In this document: positions 28,386-38,577 of the stretch, piece after piece | Numbering within the stretch: the first letter of the stretch is position 1 | Layout: every line of letters begins with the position of its first letter | From: an uncultured bacterium | GTDB lineage: Bacteria > Eisenbacteria > RBG-16-71-46 > CAIMUX01 > WJJG01 | Assembly (NCBI GenBank): GCA_964603725.1 | Contig: CAZRWW010000015.1 | Location: 18,494-82,493, forward strand | Direction of reading: 5' to 3' | DNA length: 64,000 nucleotides | The notes under the pieces: model-generated | What the model saw: the letters and a program-made list of their open reading frames with translations, nothing else | The model's database searches: none | What the model was told of the DNA's origin: nothing | Translations under genes and position numbers: made by a program

Positions 28386-28552
28386 AGGCGCTCCTCCCCG
28401 CCGCCCACCTACCCCTCGACCCCGACCGATCCCGCCCCTGCCCACCGACTCTCCCTGTTCGGTTCGCGAGCCTCGCTCGTCTCTTGCCCTTGGAACCAAT
28501 CCATCATCCGTAGAGAGGCGATGATCCAATCCTTCTGCAGCAGGAGTAGGCC

Positions 28553-31489
28553 ATGATTGCTAACTACCTTCCCCAGAGGACATTGCTGGTCTTGGCGGTC
28601 GCTGTCGTCGTAGTGGTCGGACTGCCGGCCGCACCTTCCGCTCAGGTCAGCTCCACCGCGTTCACCTACCAGGGTGAGTTGAAGGATGAGGGGGTCGGGG
28701 TCAATTCCTCGGTCGCCCGCTTCAACTTCCGCCTGTGGGATGCTGAAACGGCCGGCCATCAACTCGGCAGCGACTGGGTCGTGCGGCCGGTCGAGATCGC
28801 CGATGGCATCTTCACCGTCCTGGTCGACTTCGGCGAGGAGGCCTTCAACGGCCAGGTGCGCTGGCTCGAGATCGGTGTCGATCCGTCCGGTGGACTCAAT
28901 TACACCTGGATGACACCCCGTCAGCCGCTGACCGCGACGCCCACCGCGCTGCATGCGCTGCACGGTGGGGACAACCCCTGGACGATCACGGGCAACGACA
29001 TCACCTTCACGACCGGCAATGTGGGCATCGGGACGACGTCTCCCACGTCGAAGTTGCATGTGCAGGCCTACAGCACCGAGCCGGTTGTGAAGGGTGTTTC
29101 GCTGGAGCACGGCAGCGACTACGGCTACGGCGTACTAGGTCAGGTCGCCGGCACGCGCGGCAACGGTGTCCGCGGCGAGGCCCCCAACGCCAGCGGCACG
29201 GCGGTGGGCGTGCAGGGAACCGCCGCCTCCCCGAGCGGCATCGCGGTCCGGGGCCACAACGAAGCAACCACGGGTAACGCCATCGGTGTCTACGGCCGCA
29301 GTGACAGCCCGGCGGGTTACGCCGGCTACTTCTTCGGACGGGGCTACTTTGACGGCTGGCTCGGCATCGGCGAGCTGAACCCCTCGAGCGCGCTCGACGT
29401 GAACGGTGCGGTGTCAATGAACGGCTTCCAGCTCGACACCGCGACCCAGGACGGGTACGTGCTCACCTCGAATGCCAACGGCCGCGGTAGCTGGCAACCG
29501 GCGCCAGCAACCGGCGGCTACTGGGAACCGGGCGAGGGGTGGATCTACTACGACGATGGCGACGTGGGCATCGGTACCAATGAAGCGGACGCCCCGCTGC
29601 ACGTGCGGGGCACGGGCACAGATCCCGTGCTCCGGGTTGAGTCCTACGACAGCGGCGCCGCCAGCGGTCAGGGCATCTATGCGGAGCTCGAGGACGGCGC
29701 CGGCAAGGCCATCTACGGCTCGGCGCTATCCGTCACAGACGCTACATTCGGCGTCTTCGGCGATGTCTACTCGGCGTCGGGTCACGGCGTGTACGGCTAC
29801 AACGGAGCGACGCCGGGCGGCGGCTCGGGCGTGCAGGGCCGTGCGATCGGCGAACAGAGCGCGGCTGTGCTGGCGATTCACGCGAAGACCACCGGCTCCG
29901 GCAAGGCCTTCTTCGGTCGCAGCGACAGCCCCGACGGCTTCGGCGGTTACTTCATGGGCAAGGGCTACTTCAGCGGCAACGTCGGCATCGGCACGACCAG
30001 CCCGGCGGAGAAACTGGACGTTGACGGCACCGTCAAGATGAACGGCTTCAAGCTCGCCGCGGCACCGCAGGACGGCTATGTGCTCACGTCGAATGCCGCG
30101 GGGCAGGGCACCTGGCAGCCGGCCAGCGACGGACTGTGGTCCCCGGGCACGAGCGGCAAGATCTACTACAACGGCGGCAACGTCGGCATCGGGATCAGCA
30201 ATCCCAACTCGCCCCTGTCCGTGAGCGGACAGATTGAGTCCAACACTCTGTACACGAACACGATCGATGCCAACTCCCTCAAGCTGCGCGACACGCCCAC
30301 GGTCGGCCACGTGCTGACGTGCATGGATGCTCAGGGCAACTCGGAGTGGCAGCCGGCCGCCGACGTCTACTGGGATCCGGGAGCGGGTGGCGCCATCTAC
30401 TATATGGGCGGCAACGTGGGGATCGGCACCTCGTACCCGACCTCGAAGCTGGATGTGAGCGGGACGTTGGAGGCCAACGGTCTGAAGATCCCTATCTCCC
30501 CGCAGTCCGGCTACGTCCTCACCTCGGACGCCTCCGGCAATGGCACGTGGCAGCCGCCGGCGGGCGGGTTGACGCTGCCCTACAGCGGATCGACCAGCTC
30601 GACCAGCTCTGCGTTCAGCGTGACGAACACGGGCACGGGCGTTGGCGCGCATGCCATATTCGGCAAGATCGACAACACAGGCGGAAGTGCGGACGCCGCG
30701 GCGGGCTACTTCTGGGCCGCCACGCACGGCCATGCCATCTACGCCAAGAGCGACGGTGGCTCCACAGTCTATGCCTATAACTCAGATACGGGCAGCGCGG
30801 TCTATGGGAGTGTCGGCGGCTCGCAGTCCGCAGGCGGCGAGTTCCGCGCCAGCGGCTCCCAGAGCCACGGGATCAAGGGCATTGCCACGGGCGAAGCCGG
30901 CCATGGCGTCTACGCCACCGCCTCCGGCGGCGGCGCGGCCCTGATGGCCGAGGCCACGGGCAACAGCACGATCGGCCTGGTGGCGAAGGGCTCCAGCCAG
31001 GCCGGCAAGTTCTACGGCAACGTCGCGATCTACGACTACACCACCGAGGACATCGTGCTCGAGCTGGGCAAGGGCCTCGACTATGCCGAGGGCTTCGACA
31101 TCACCGCCACCGATCAGGCCAGTGTCGCCCCCGGCACCGTGCTGGTGATCGACCCGCAGGACCCGGGGCGACTGGCGCAGAGCCGCAGGGCGTACGACCG
31201 GCGGGTGGCTGGCATTGTGGCCGGCGCCAACGGCCTGGGCTCGGGCGTGCGGCTAGGTGCCGGCACCTTCGACCGTGACGTCGCCCTGGCAGGCCGCGTC
31301 TACTGCAACGTCATCGCCGTGGACGAGGACATCGAGCCGGGCGACCTGCTCACGACCGCCGATCTCCCGGGCTACGCAATGGAGGTCCGGGACCATGTGC
31401 GTGCGCAGGGGGCCATCCTGGGCAAGGCCATGGGCCGACTGACCAAGGGCGAGCGGGGTCAGATTCTGGTGCTCGTCACGCTGCAGTAG
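28553..31489 (+). CDS. large secreted repeat protein with tail-fibre-like G-N-V-G-I-G-T-x-x-P repeats
   Basis: Signal peptide. At least 6 copies of GNVGIGTTSPTSKL(H/D)V...NGFKL...QDGYVLTS(N/D)A.G.GTWQP. Confidence 0.7.
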   Translation: MIANYLPQRTLLVLAVAVVVVVGLPAAPSAQVSSTAFTYQGELKDEGVGVNSSVARFNFRLWDAETAGHQLGSDWVVRPVEIADGIFTVLVDFGEEAFNGQVRWLEIGVDPSGGLNYTWMTPRQPLTATPTALHALHGGDNPWTITGNDITFTTGNVGIGTTSPTSKLHVQAYSTEPVVKGVSLEHGSDYGYGVLGQVAGTRGNGVRGEAPNASGTAVGVQGTAASPSGIAVRGHNEATTGNAIGVYGRSDSPAGYAGYFFGRGYFDGWLGIGELNPSSALDVNGAVSMNGFQLDTATQDGYVLTSNANGRGSWQPAPATGGYWEPGEGWIYYDDGDVGIGTNEADAPLHVRGTGTDPVLRVESYDSGAASGQGIYAELEDGAGKAIYGSALSVTDATFGVFGDVYSASGHGVYGYNGATPGGGSGVQGRAIGEQSAAVLAIHAKTTGSGKAFFGRSDSPDGFGGYFMGKGYFSGNVGIGTTSPAEKLDVDGTVKMNGFKLAAAPQDGYVLTSNAAGQGTWQPASDGLWSPGTSGKIYYNGGNVGIGISNPNSPLSVSGQIESNTLYTNTIDANSLKLRDTPTVGHVLTCMDAQGNSEWQPAADVYWDPGAGGAIYYMGGNVGIGTSYPTSKLDVSGTLEANGLKIPISPQSGYVLTSDASGNGTWQPPAGGLTLPYSGSTSSTSSAFSVTNTGTGVGAHAIFGKIDNTGGSADAAAGYFWAATHGHAIYAKSDGGSTVYAYNSDTGSAVYGSVGGSQSAGGEFRASGSQSHGIKGIATGEAGHGVYATASGGGAALMAEATGNSTIGLVAKGSSQAGKFYGNVAIYDYTTEDIVLELGKGLDYAEGFDITATDQASVAPGTVLVIDPQDPGRLAQSRRAYDRRVAGIVAGANGLGSGVRLGAGTFDRDVALAGRVYCNVIAVDEDIEPGDLLTTADLPGYAMEVRDHVRAQGAILGKAMGRLTKGERGQILVLVTLQ

Positions 31490-31502
31490 GAAGGGGGAAG
31501 TC

Positions 31503-33074
31503 ATGACTTGGCGACTGCAAGCGAGCGACCTTCTGCGGTCGAGCCTGCTCGTGACGGCGGCGATTCTCGGGGTGGGTCCGACGGTCTTCGCGGCCCATGC
31601 CGCGACAGCCACCACCGATGAAGCCCGCCTGGCGGCACAGAACTACGTGGCGATGATCCTCGAGAAGGACAGCTCCTGGGGCGACTACGAGACAGCGCGC
31701 GTCGTGTCGATCGAGCCCTTCATGCGCGCTGATCGCCAGTTGGGATACCTCTGCGCGGTCGAACCGGTGGGCTACCTCGTGTTGGGTCTGTACAAGGACC
31801 TGACGCCCGTCCGGATCTATTCCTATCGGTCAAGCCTGGATCCGCTGGCCGAGGATGGGTTGACGGACCTGATCAAGGACAACCTCGAGGCATTGTACGA
31901 CTACCTTGGCACGGGGCTGGGTCACCCGCTCGGTACCAATGACGACCTGCGCAGCCTCCTGGTACGGGATTTCCGCGCCACCTGGGCGGCCTTGACCGAT
32001 CCTGGCTTCGACCCGGCGCTCTACCGGGACGACCGGGATCTGCGATCGGCCGGCATGGACTACCAGGAAGGCGAGACCCTGCTCGACATCACCTGGTATC
32101 AGAAGCCGCCATACAACGACCACTGTCCCGACCGGGGCTGCGAGTGGCCAAACCATGGGTACTACAACACCAACGCCGTGACCGGCTGTGTCGCCACGGC
32201 CGGTGCCATGGTTCTCAAGTACTACAACTGGCCCCCGGGTGGTGTGGGAACGCCCTACAACGATGGCTACGACTGGTGGTACATGGGCGAGTCGTACCGG
32301 TACAACAGCGGCACCGGTCAGATGGAAGTGCGAGTCGACGGGCAGTGGCGCGCGGCCACCAGCCAGGAGATCTACGCGGTGGCTCAGGTCAGCTCGCACG
32401 TGGGCATAGCGGTGGACATGGATTACGGGTGCGGCGGCTCGAGCGCCCACACCTACGACCTGGAGGGGGCCTTCCAAGGTCCCTTCCGCATGGACGACGA
32501 GTGCGACGTCTGGTACATGGACGGCCACAATTACACCGATCGTTGGGAGATGCTCAAGCGCGAGTTCAACGCCAATCGACCCGTCGTCCATCGCATCCCG
32601 GGCCACGCAGTCGTGTCCGATGGGTGGCGCGTCCAAGATGTCGGCGGAGTCCCGACGGATCAGGTCCACATCGTCTACGGGCACAACGGGAGCAACGACG
32701 GCTGGTGGGCTCTCGACGAGGTCCCGGGCAGCGTGTGGCTGGAGGACTACTTCGTGCGGGAGATCTGGCCCGAGAGAAGCATCCATAGCACCCTGGCCGC
32801 GAGCTACGCCGCGACGGACCTCTACCGCTACTTCGACCGCGACGCCTCCGGCCCGCGGTCGAACTTCGAGGCGGGGCAACGACTGCAGGTGCTGACGTCC
32901 GGTTTCCTGCTCACCAACACGGGGACGGGCGCCACAGACGAGATCGTTTTCAACGGGGCTCCGCACGACGAAATGCGGATCTTCATGAACGGTGATCCCA
33001 TGGGCGATCCGCGCATCAACGTCGTCGACGGCCAGCTCAAGGTCCTGGCCGGCGGTCAGATCGCGATCTACTAG
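31503..33074 (+). CDS. peptidase C10 (streptopain-like) family cysteine protease
   Basis: Signal peptide and an N-terminal inhibitor-like region. Catalytic Cys context WYQKPPYNDHCP...GCVATAGAMVLKYYNWP and His region typical of the C10 family. Confidence 0.7.
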   Translation: MTWRLQASDLLRSSLLVTAAILGVGPTVFAAHAATATTDEARLAAQNYVAMILEKDSSWGDYETARVVSIEPFMRADRQLGYLCAVEPVGYLVLGLYKDLTPVRIYSYRSSLDPLAEDGLTDLIKDNLEALYDYLGTGLGHPLGTNDDLRSLLVRDFRATWAALTDPGFDPALYRDDRDLRSAGMDYQEGETLLDITWYQKPPYNDHCPDRGCEWPNHGYYNTNAVTGCVATAGAMVLKYYNWPPGGVGTPYNDGYDWWYMGESYRYNSGTGQMEVRVDGQWRAATSQEIYAVAQVSSHVGIAVDMDYGCGGSSAHTYDLEGAFQGPFRMDDECDVWYMDGHNYTDRWEMLKREFNANRPVVHRIPGHAVVSDGWRVQDVGGVPTDQVHIVYGHNGSNDGWWALDEVPGSVWLEDYFVREIWPERSIHSTLAASYAATDLYRYFDRDASGPRSNFEAGQRLQVLTSGFLLTNTGTGATDEIVFNGAPHDEMRIFMNGDPMGDPRINVVDGQLKVLAGGQIAIY

Positions 33075-33084
33075 GAGGCTGATC

Positions 33085-33660
33085 ATGTCCAGAGAAATGC
33101 GGCCCGCTCCTGGAGTGGTTCTGGTGTGCTTGGCGCTGGCTCTGTGCTGCGCTGCATGGCCTGCGCGGGCGGACCTGTCGCTCACCTGGCACACCATCGA
33201 CGCCGGGGGCCTCACCCTCGGCGCGGGCGGCACCTACTCGTTGGGCGGCACCGCAGGGCAGCCGGACGCGGGCGTGGCCCTCGGAGGCCACTACCATTTG
33301 GGGGGCGGCTTCTGGCGCGGCGGACAGGGCTTCAGCGGCGTGGGAGAGTGCCCCGGCCCCGAACAGGAGCTCCCTGTTCCGGTGGCGTTCCGCGTGCTGA
33401 CCGATGATCCCAACCCTTTCACGACCCAGACGAGCATCCGTCTGGATCTGCCCGAAGGGCGGCCAGTCGACGCATGCATTTTCGATCACACCGGACGTCT
33501 GGTGAATCGCATCTACGAGGGCTGGCTGCCACCGGGCAGGCACAACCTGGTGTGGACCGGGAACTCCGCCAGCGGCCGACAAGTGCCGACCGGGATCTAC
33601 CTGCTCCAGATGCGGGTGGGCGACCACACCACACGCAAGCGACTGGTCTTCTTCAAGTAG
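33085..33660 (+). CDS. small secreted protein with T9SS-type C-terminal domain
   Basis: RBS aggagg, signal peptide and Gly-rich segment. The C-terminus is PNPFTTQTSIRLDLPEGRPVDACIFDHTGRLVNRI...GIYLLQM. Confidence 0.6.
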   Translation: MSREMRPAPGVVLVCLALALCCAAWPARADLSLTWHTIDAGGLTLGAGGTYSLGGTAGQPDAGVALGGHYHLGGGFWRGGQGFSGVGECPGPEQELPVPVAFRVLTDDPNPFTTQTSIRLDLPEGRPVDACIFDHTGRLVNRIYEGWLPPGRHNLVWTGNSASGRQVPTGIYLLQMRVGDHTTRKRLVFFK

Positions 33661-33993
33661 GTCTCTTCTTCAGATCAGCCCGTCTCATCCTGGCGAGGAT
33701 GACCAGCGGCCACCCCCCGCGACGGAGGGTGGCCGCATCACGCTCCAGCCGGCCGCCCGATCGATCTTCTCCCGTTGGTCAAGGGGTGTGCGTGCGAGGG
33801 ACGCAATCCAGTTTCAAGCGCCGGTATGGTGCGCCAAGAGCGGATCAGCACGATACTCGAGACTTCCTGGAACCGGATCGCTTTCGGGCAGTACTGCGAG
33901 TGCATTGAATCGCCAACATGTTCCGAGTCGCCCGAGGGGCCGACCGGAGCGGATAAAGGCTCGTTCGCGTGTTCTGAAACAGAGAGGTGCTCT

Positions 33994-34722
33994 ATGTTCA
34001 TCGTACACAGCCGCTTCTTGCGTCTTGCGCTCGTCACCCTGGCGGCCGTCGCCAGCGTCGCGCTCCTGAACGCCGGCCCTGCCGGCGCGGTTGAAACCAT
34101 CGTCCTGCGCAGCGGCAATGCTCTCCCGGGCAACCCGGATCCCTACATCAACGTGCTCGTGGGCAGCGGGGGCACGGCCCTGTCGCCGAACCCGTTCATG
34201 CCCAGCCACTTCGCCGAGGCCTGCGCCGGCCCCAGCGCGGTGGTCATCTCCCAGCCGATCTCGCCTTGGGTTCAGCACCTCGAGTGCGATCTCGAGGCCA
34301 AGTGGATTGGCATCGATGCCCTCGCCACGCCGGCGTCGGCGCTCTACTGCCAGCCCTTCGAGATCGAGACAGCCTGCATCGAGCGGGCGACGCTCCAGAT
34401 CTGCTGGGCGGCCGACGACAATATCGGCGACCAGCTCTTCGGCGGCGGCAACCCGGAGGGGGTCTTCGTGAACGGCGTGGCGGTCACTCCCATGATCACC
34501 GGCGGCAGCTACGCCGCGCAGACCCAGTCCCTGGTGACCGATATTGCGAGCCTGGTGTCCACCGGGATGAACTACCTCCAGATCTACAACCGCGACGCGG
34601 CCTTCGTCGTCAGCGGCGTGATTTACAGCGCCACGATCGAGATCTACGAGTGCGCGGTCCCCGCGGAGACCTCGACCTGGGGCGCGGTCAAGTCGCTGTT
34701 CGACACCCGCGAGCGGCAGTAG
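33994..34722 (+). CDS. secreted hypothetical protein
   Basis: RBS gagagg and signal peptide MFIVHSRFLRLALVTLAAVASVAL. Ends TWGAVKSLFDTRERQ, which is similar to the C-terminus of the Cys-rich protein at 44586..45830. Confidence 0.55.
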   Translation: MFIVHSRFLRLALVTLAAVASVALLNAGPAGAVETIVLRSGNALPGNPDPYINVLVGSGGTALSPNPFMPSHFAEACAGPSAVVISQPISPWVQHLECDLEAKWIGIDALATPASALYCQPFEIETACIERATLQICWAADDNIGDQLFGGGNPEGVFVNGVAVTPMITGGSYAAQTQSLVTDIASLVSTGMNYLQIYNRDAAFVVSGVIYSATIEIYECAVPAETSTWGAVKSLFDTRERQ

Positions 34723-34890
34723 CCCGCGGGCGGCTCTGGGTTGGACCGGTTCGGGGCCGTGGCGCTCGTTCGCCACGGCCCCGACGCATTTGGGTTGCAT
34801 GCTCGGGCCGGTCCATGGAAGGTGCGGCCCGGGGGATCGGACCGGAACGCCGAGAGGGCAGACTGACGGAGCTTAGCCCTTTTCCCGCCG

Positions 34891-36828
34891 TCAGAACCCG
34901 AGTATCTTGCGCACCATCTCCGGCCCGTTCTCCCAGAACGCCAGCACGACGCCCATCAGGCTCTCGCCGGCGATGACGCCCGAGGCGACCGGGAAGGTGT
35001 ACTGCTCTGCCAGCTTCGGGCGCTTCTTCTCGAACCAGGAGCCGATGACCGCGCCCAGGAAGAAGAGGAACCCGTAGTACCAGTGGAACGTCCAGGCGAG
35101 GCCCAGTCCGGCCGGTGAGGGGAACCATTTGGCCTTCTTCGGGAAGGCGCGCGAGAGCAGTGGCAGGATGATGCCCACCAAGCCGCCAACGAGGATGAAC
35201 CAGAGCTTCACGGGTTCGAGCGAGGTGAGCCCGCGGCTCAAGGCCTCGGCCACGGCCTTCCACGTCTGGGCCGCGGGGGCGGGGAATTGGTCCCCACCGA
35301 GGACCGAGGCATTGGGCACGAGGATGTTGAAGCAGAGCACAGGGATGAGAGTCCCGACGAAGATGCCGGCGAACTGCGCGATGAACTGCTTCTTGGGATT
35401 GGCGCCCAGCAGGTAGCCGCTCTTCAGATCGGTGAGCAAGTCGGCCGACGACCCGGCGCAGGCCGCCGTGACGTTGGCGCTCATCAGGTTCACGTTCATG
35501 TTGCCCGGACTGATCGCGCCGAAGGTGAGCTGCGTGATCTTGCCCATCGCCCCGACCGGGGTCGTGTCGGTCTCGCCGGTCACGCGGCAGGCGACGAGCG
35601 CCAGCGCAAAGGAGAGGACCACCGCGATGAAGGTCTGCCAGTAGGGCATGCCGAATGTGATGTGGCCGAGGACCGCCAGGCCGGCGAAGCCGGCGCTCTG
35701 ACCGAGGAAGAACCAGTACGAGGGCGTCTCGATCGCCTGCAGCGGGTCGTCGCTCTTGACGCGGCCCTGCCGGAACATCTTGCCGAAGCCGCTGAAGGCG
35801 CGCACGGCGCTCTTCCACTGCATGGCGAAAGTGAGAATGCCCGAGGTGACCATGCACGAAGTGCCCGCCCACAGCGTCCAGGTGACGATGTTGCGGTAGC
35901 CGCCCTCCGGCACGACCAGGCCGTGACTCTGCAGGAGCGGGGCGGCGATCATCCAGCAGGTGATGCTGCCGATCAGCATGGAGACGCACACCCGCAATCC
36001 GGTGATCGCGCCGGCGGCGATGAACATCGGCTCCCACGAGAAGAGCACGGTTCGTCCCATCCAGGAGGACCCGAAGGCTCGTTCATTGAGGGCACCAATC
36101 CAGGTCCCGATCATGTACGGCTCGAGGGACGTGTGAATCCGCACAAGACCCTCGGTCAGGAATTTGCTGGCCAGTCCCAACAGGCCGGCCACGCCCAGCG
36201 CGCGCGCCGATTGCATTCCCTGCTCGCCCTTCGAGTGCAGCGCCCGCAGGGTCTCGGCGGCGGCGATCCCGCTCGGGAAGCGGAGCTGTTCGACGTTGAT
36301 CATCTGGCGCTTCATCGGGATGGCCATCGTCACGCCCAGCAGGGCGAGGAAGAAGACCCAGGCCATCATCAGCCCCACCGGCATCGTCGTGTCGTTGAGC
36401 AGGATGAAAGCGGCGAAGGCCGAGACGAGCGTGCCGCCGGTCGAGTAGCCGGCCGAGCTGGCGGTCGACTGCATGCAGTTGTTCTCCAGGATCGTCATCG
36501 GCGTGCGGGCCAGCCTGATCTTGTGGAGGAAGGTCCAGATCGCGTAAGAGAGGATGCAGGCCGTGATGGCCACGCCGAAGCCCCAGCCGGCCTTCAAGCC
36601 GATGTAGAGGTTGGTGAGCGAGAGAACCCCGCCCAGGATCGAGCCCATCAGGACCGCGCGCCAGGTGAGCTGCAGCATGCTGTCGCCCCGGCCCGTGTAG
36701 ACCTTGTCAAACCATTGTCGCTCGATTTCCTCGGGCGTGCCCTGGAAGCCCTCGATCGGCAGGCGATCCGTCTCAGCGGCCGGCTCGGCGGGCGCGCCGG
36801 GCCTGGGATCCTTCGGCGTAGCGCTCAT
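34891..36828 (-). CDS. OPT family oligopeptide transporter
   Basis: Polytopic membrane protein with OPT-family blocks (NLYIGLKAGWGFG, GETDTTPVGAMGKITQL, AGSSADLLTDLKSGYLLGANPKKQF). Start ATG at 36828. The longer track ORF has a Pro/Arg-rich artefactual extension. Confidence 0.85.
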   Translation of the reverse strand: MSATPKDPRPGAPAEPAAETDRLPIEGFQGTPEEIERQWFDKVYTGRGDSMLQLTWRAVLMGSILGGVLSLTNLYIGLKAGWGFGVAITACILSYAIWTFLHKIRLARTPMTILENNCMQSTASSAGYSTGGTLVSAFAAFILLNDTTMPVGLMMAWVFFLALLGVTMAIPMKRQMINVEQLRFPSGIAAAETLRALHSKGEQGMQSARALGVAGLLGLASKFLTEGLVRIHTSLEPYMIGTWIGALNERAFGSSWMGRTVLFSWEPMFIAAGAITGLRVCVSMLIGSITCWMIAAPLLQSHGLVVPEGGYRNIVTWTLWAGTSCMVTSGILTFAMQWKSAVRAFSGFGKMFRQGRVKSDDPLQAIETPSYWFFLGQSAGFAGLAVLGHITFGMPYWQTFIAVVLSFALALVACRVTGETDTTPVGAMGKITQLTFGAISPGNMNVNLMSANVTAACAGSSADLLTDLKSGYLLGANPKKQFIAQFAGIFVGTLIPVLCFNILVPNASVLGGDQFPAPAAQTWKAVAEALSRGLTSLEPVKLWFILVGGLVGIILPLLSRAFPKKAKWFPSPAGLGLAWTFHWYYGFLFFLGAVIGSWFEKKRPKLAEQYTFPVASGVIAGESLMGVVLAFWENGPEMVRKILGF

Positions 36829-38004
36829 GCGGTCGATTCCCCTCCCCATGGGCCGGCCAGCGGACGGGCGCCTTCTGCGCCTCGCTCCCGCCGGCCGCGC
36901 GAATGCCGGGCGCCGGCCCCCGCGGTACCGCCGCTGCGGCCTGAAGAGAGAAGCGTACGCCGGGGCCGGTCTGGCGTCCATAGGCCGGAGGCCCCGCCGG
37001 AGGGCGTGACGATAGGCGGAGGTCACGGAAGGGCCGGGAGGGGGCTGGCGCGACCATCGCCGGAACCGGCCCGGGCGGGCCGGCTCCGGCGAAGTCGGGA
37101 GGTCCGGAGTCCCGGGAAGCCGCCTCTGGTGCGGAGTGGTGGGTGCGGCCCCCGAGAGATGTGCTTGGTCGTCGATGCCGCAGTCACGCGCCCGGCCTGG
37201 CAGGTTAGGCCGGGAGGGTCTCGCATCGAGGGTGACCTGGGTCACCCGATCCGGCGCCCGCTCCGTTCCTCCTTCCCCATCAGTGCCGGCCTCGGCGGCG
37301 GCGAAACGCCGCGCGGCCGGTGACAGATCGTTTTCGTCAGGAACGCTGCTCAGTGCCTGGGTGATTGGTCCCGCTTGCCAACCGCGCCGCAGGCGGTCGC
37401 TCCGAGTGCTGGATGGGGTGCCGCCCCCCCAAGTCGAATCAAGAACTGCCCGCTATCGCTGCGGACGACACCCCATCGCTGCTGTTCCGGCGTGAAGACA
37501 GGTTTCCGTCGCCCCCACGACGGATTCCGGCCAGAAACCCGGTCTCGGCTGCTGACTCCACGGCTGCGCTAACCGAAAAAGGCGCCACCGGGGAGGTCTC
37601 TCTGGCGAGATCACCTCGGCAACGCCTTCGTCTTACAGATCGGGTTCCTGTTCGACAAGGCATCTGCGGCCGGGCCGCGAACCTTGCACGCTAGTACGTA
37701 TCGGATCCCCATCGGCAAACTTGAGTCCGAAGTCTCCGGCCTGCCTGGTCAAACCGGGGCTTCCTGTACCGGCATCGCGGCTACACCGGGGCGCCCGGGT
37801 GGCCTCGCGGGCGCTCGCCCCGCCCGCTCCCGGCGGCTGGCGCGCCGCGGTCCCATGCCCTCCGGTCGGGGTTGCAAGCGGGCCGCCGGGCGCGCATCCT
37901 GACAGAACGAAGGCCGCGCCGGCGGCGGGCCGGGGGGCGCCAGTGGCTGCCCGCCGGGCGGAAGAGGTCCGCCCGAGGGGTCGCCCGGGGTGGGGGAAGA
38001 AGGC

Positions 38005-38571
38005 ATGCAGTCGATCGCGCGATTTCTGTTCGAGATCGGCCACCTGAAGCGCATCGCGCGTTCTGGCTGGTGGGTAGCCGGCGTGCGGGATCCCGAGTCG
38101 GTCGCCGAGCACAGCTTCCGCTGCGCCTGGATCGGGTACTTCCTCGCCCTGGCCGAGCGGGTCGACCCCGCCCGCGTAGTGCTCATGTGCCTCGCGCACG
38201 ACGTCCACGAGGCTCGCATCAACGACCAGCACAAGGTGGGGCAAGCGTACCTCGACCCGAAGCCGGTCGAGACGCGCGTTTTCGCCGACCAGGTGGCCGG
38301 CCTGACCGCGCGGGACGACCTCGCCGCGATCCATGCCGAATACCGCGCCGGCGACACGTTGGAGGCGCGCGTGGCTCGTGACGCGGACCGCCTGGAATGC
38401 GCCTTCCAGGCCCTCGAATACGTGGAAGAGGGGCACGGCCCGTGCCGGGACTGGTTCGTCAACACCGAGGCCGCCCTGACCACCGCGTCGGCCAGGTCGC
38501 TCTTCGCCGCCCTCGACGGCTGCGATCCCAACGCCTGGTACCGCCGGTTGCCGGGACACGGCGGGAGGTAG
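38005..38571 (+). CDS. HD domain phosphohydrolase (YfbR-like)
   Basis: HD motif context VAEHSFRCAWIGYFLA...LAHDVHEARINDQ. Confidence 0.75.
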   Translation: MQSIARFLFEIGHLKRIARSGWWVAGVRDPESVAEHSFRCAWIGYFLALAERVDPARVVLMCLAHDVHEARINDQHKVGQAYLDPKPVETRVFADQVAGLTARDDLAAIHAEYRAGDTLEARVARDADRLECAFQALEYVEEGHGPCRDWFVNTEAALTTASARSLFAALDGCDPNAWYRRLPGHGGR

Positions 38572-38577
38572 TCGGTC

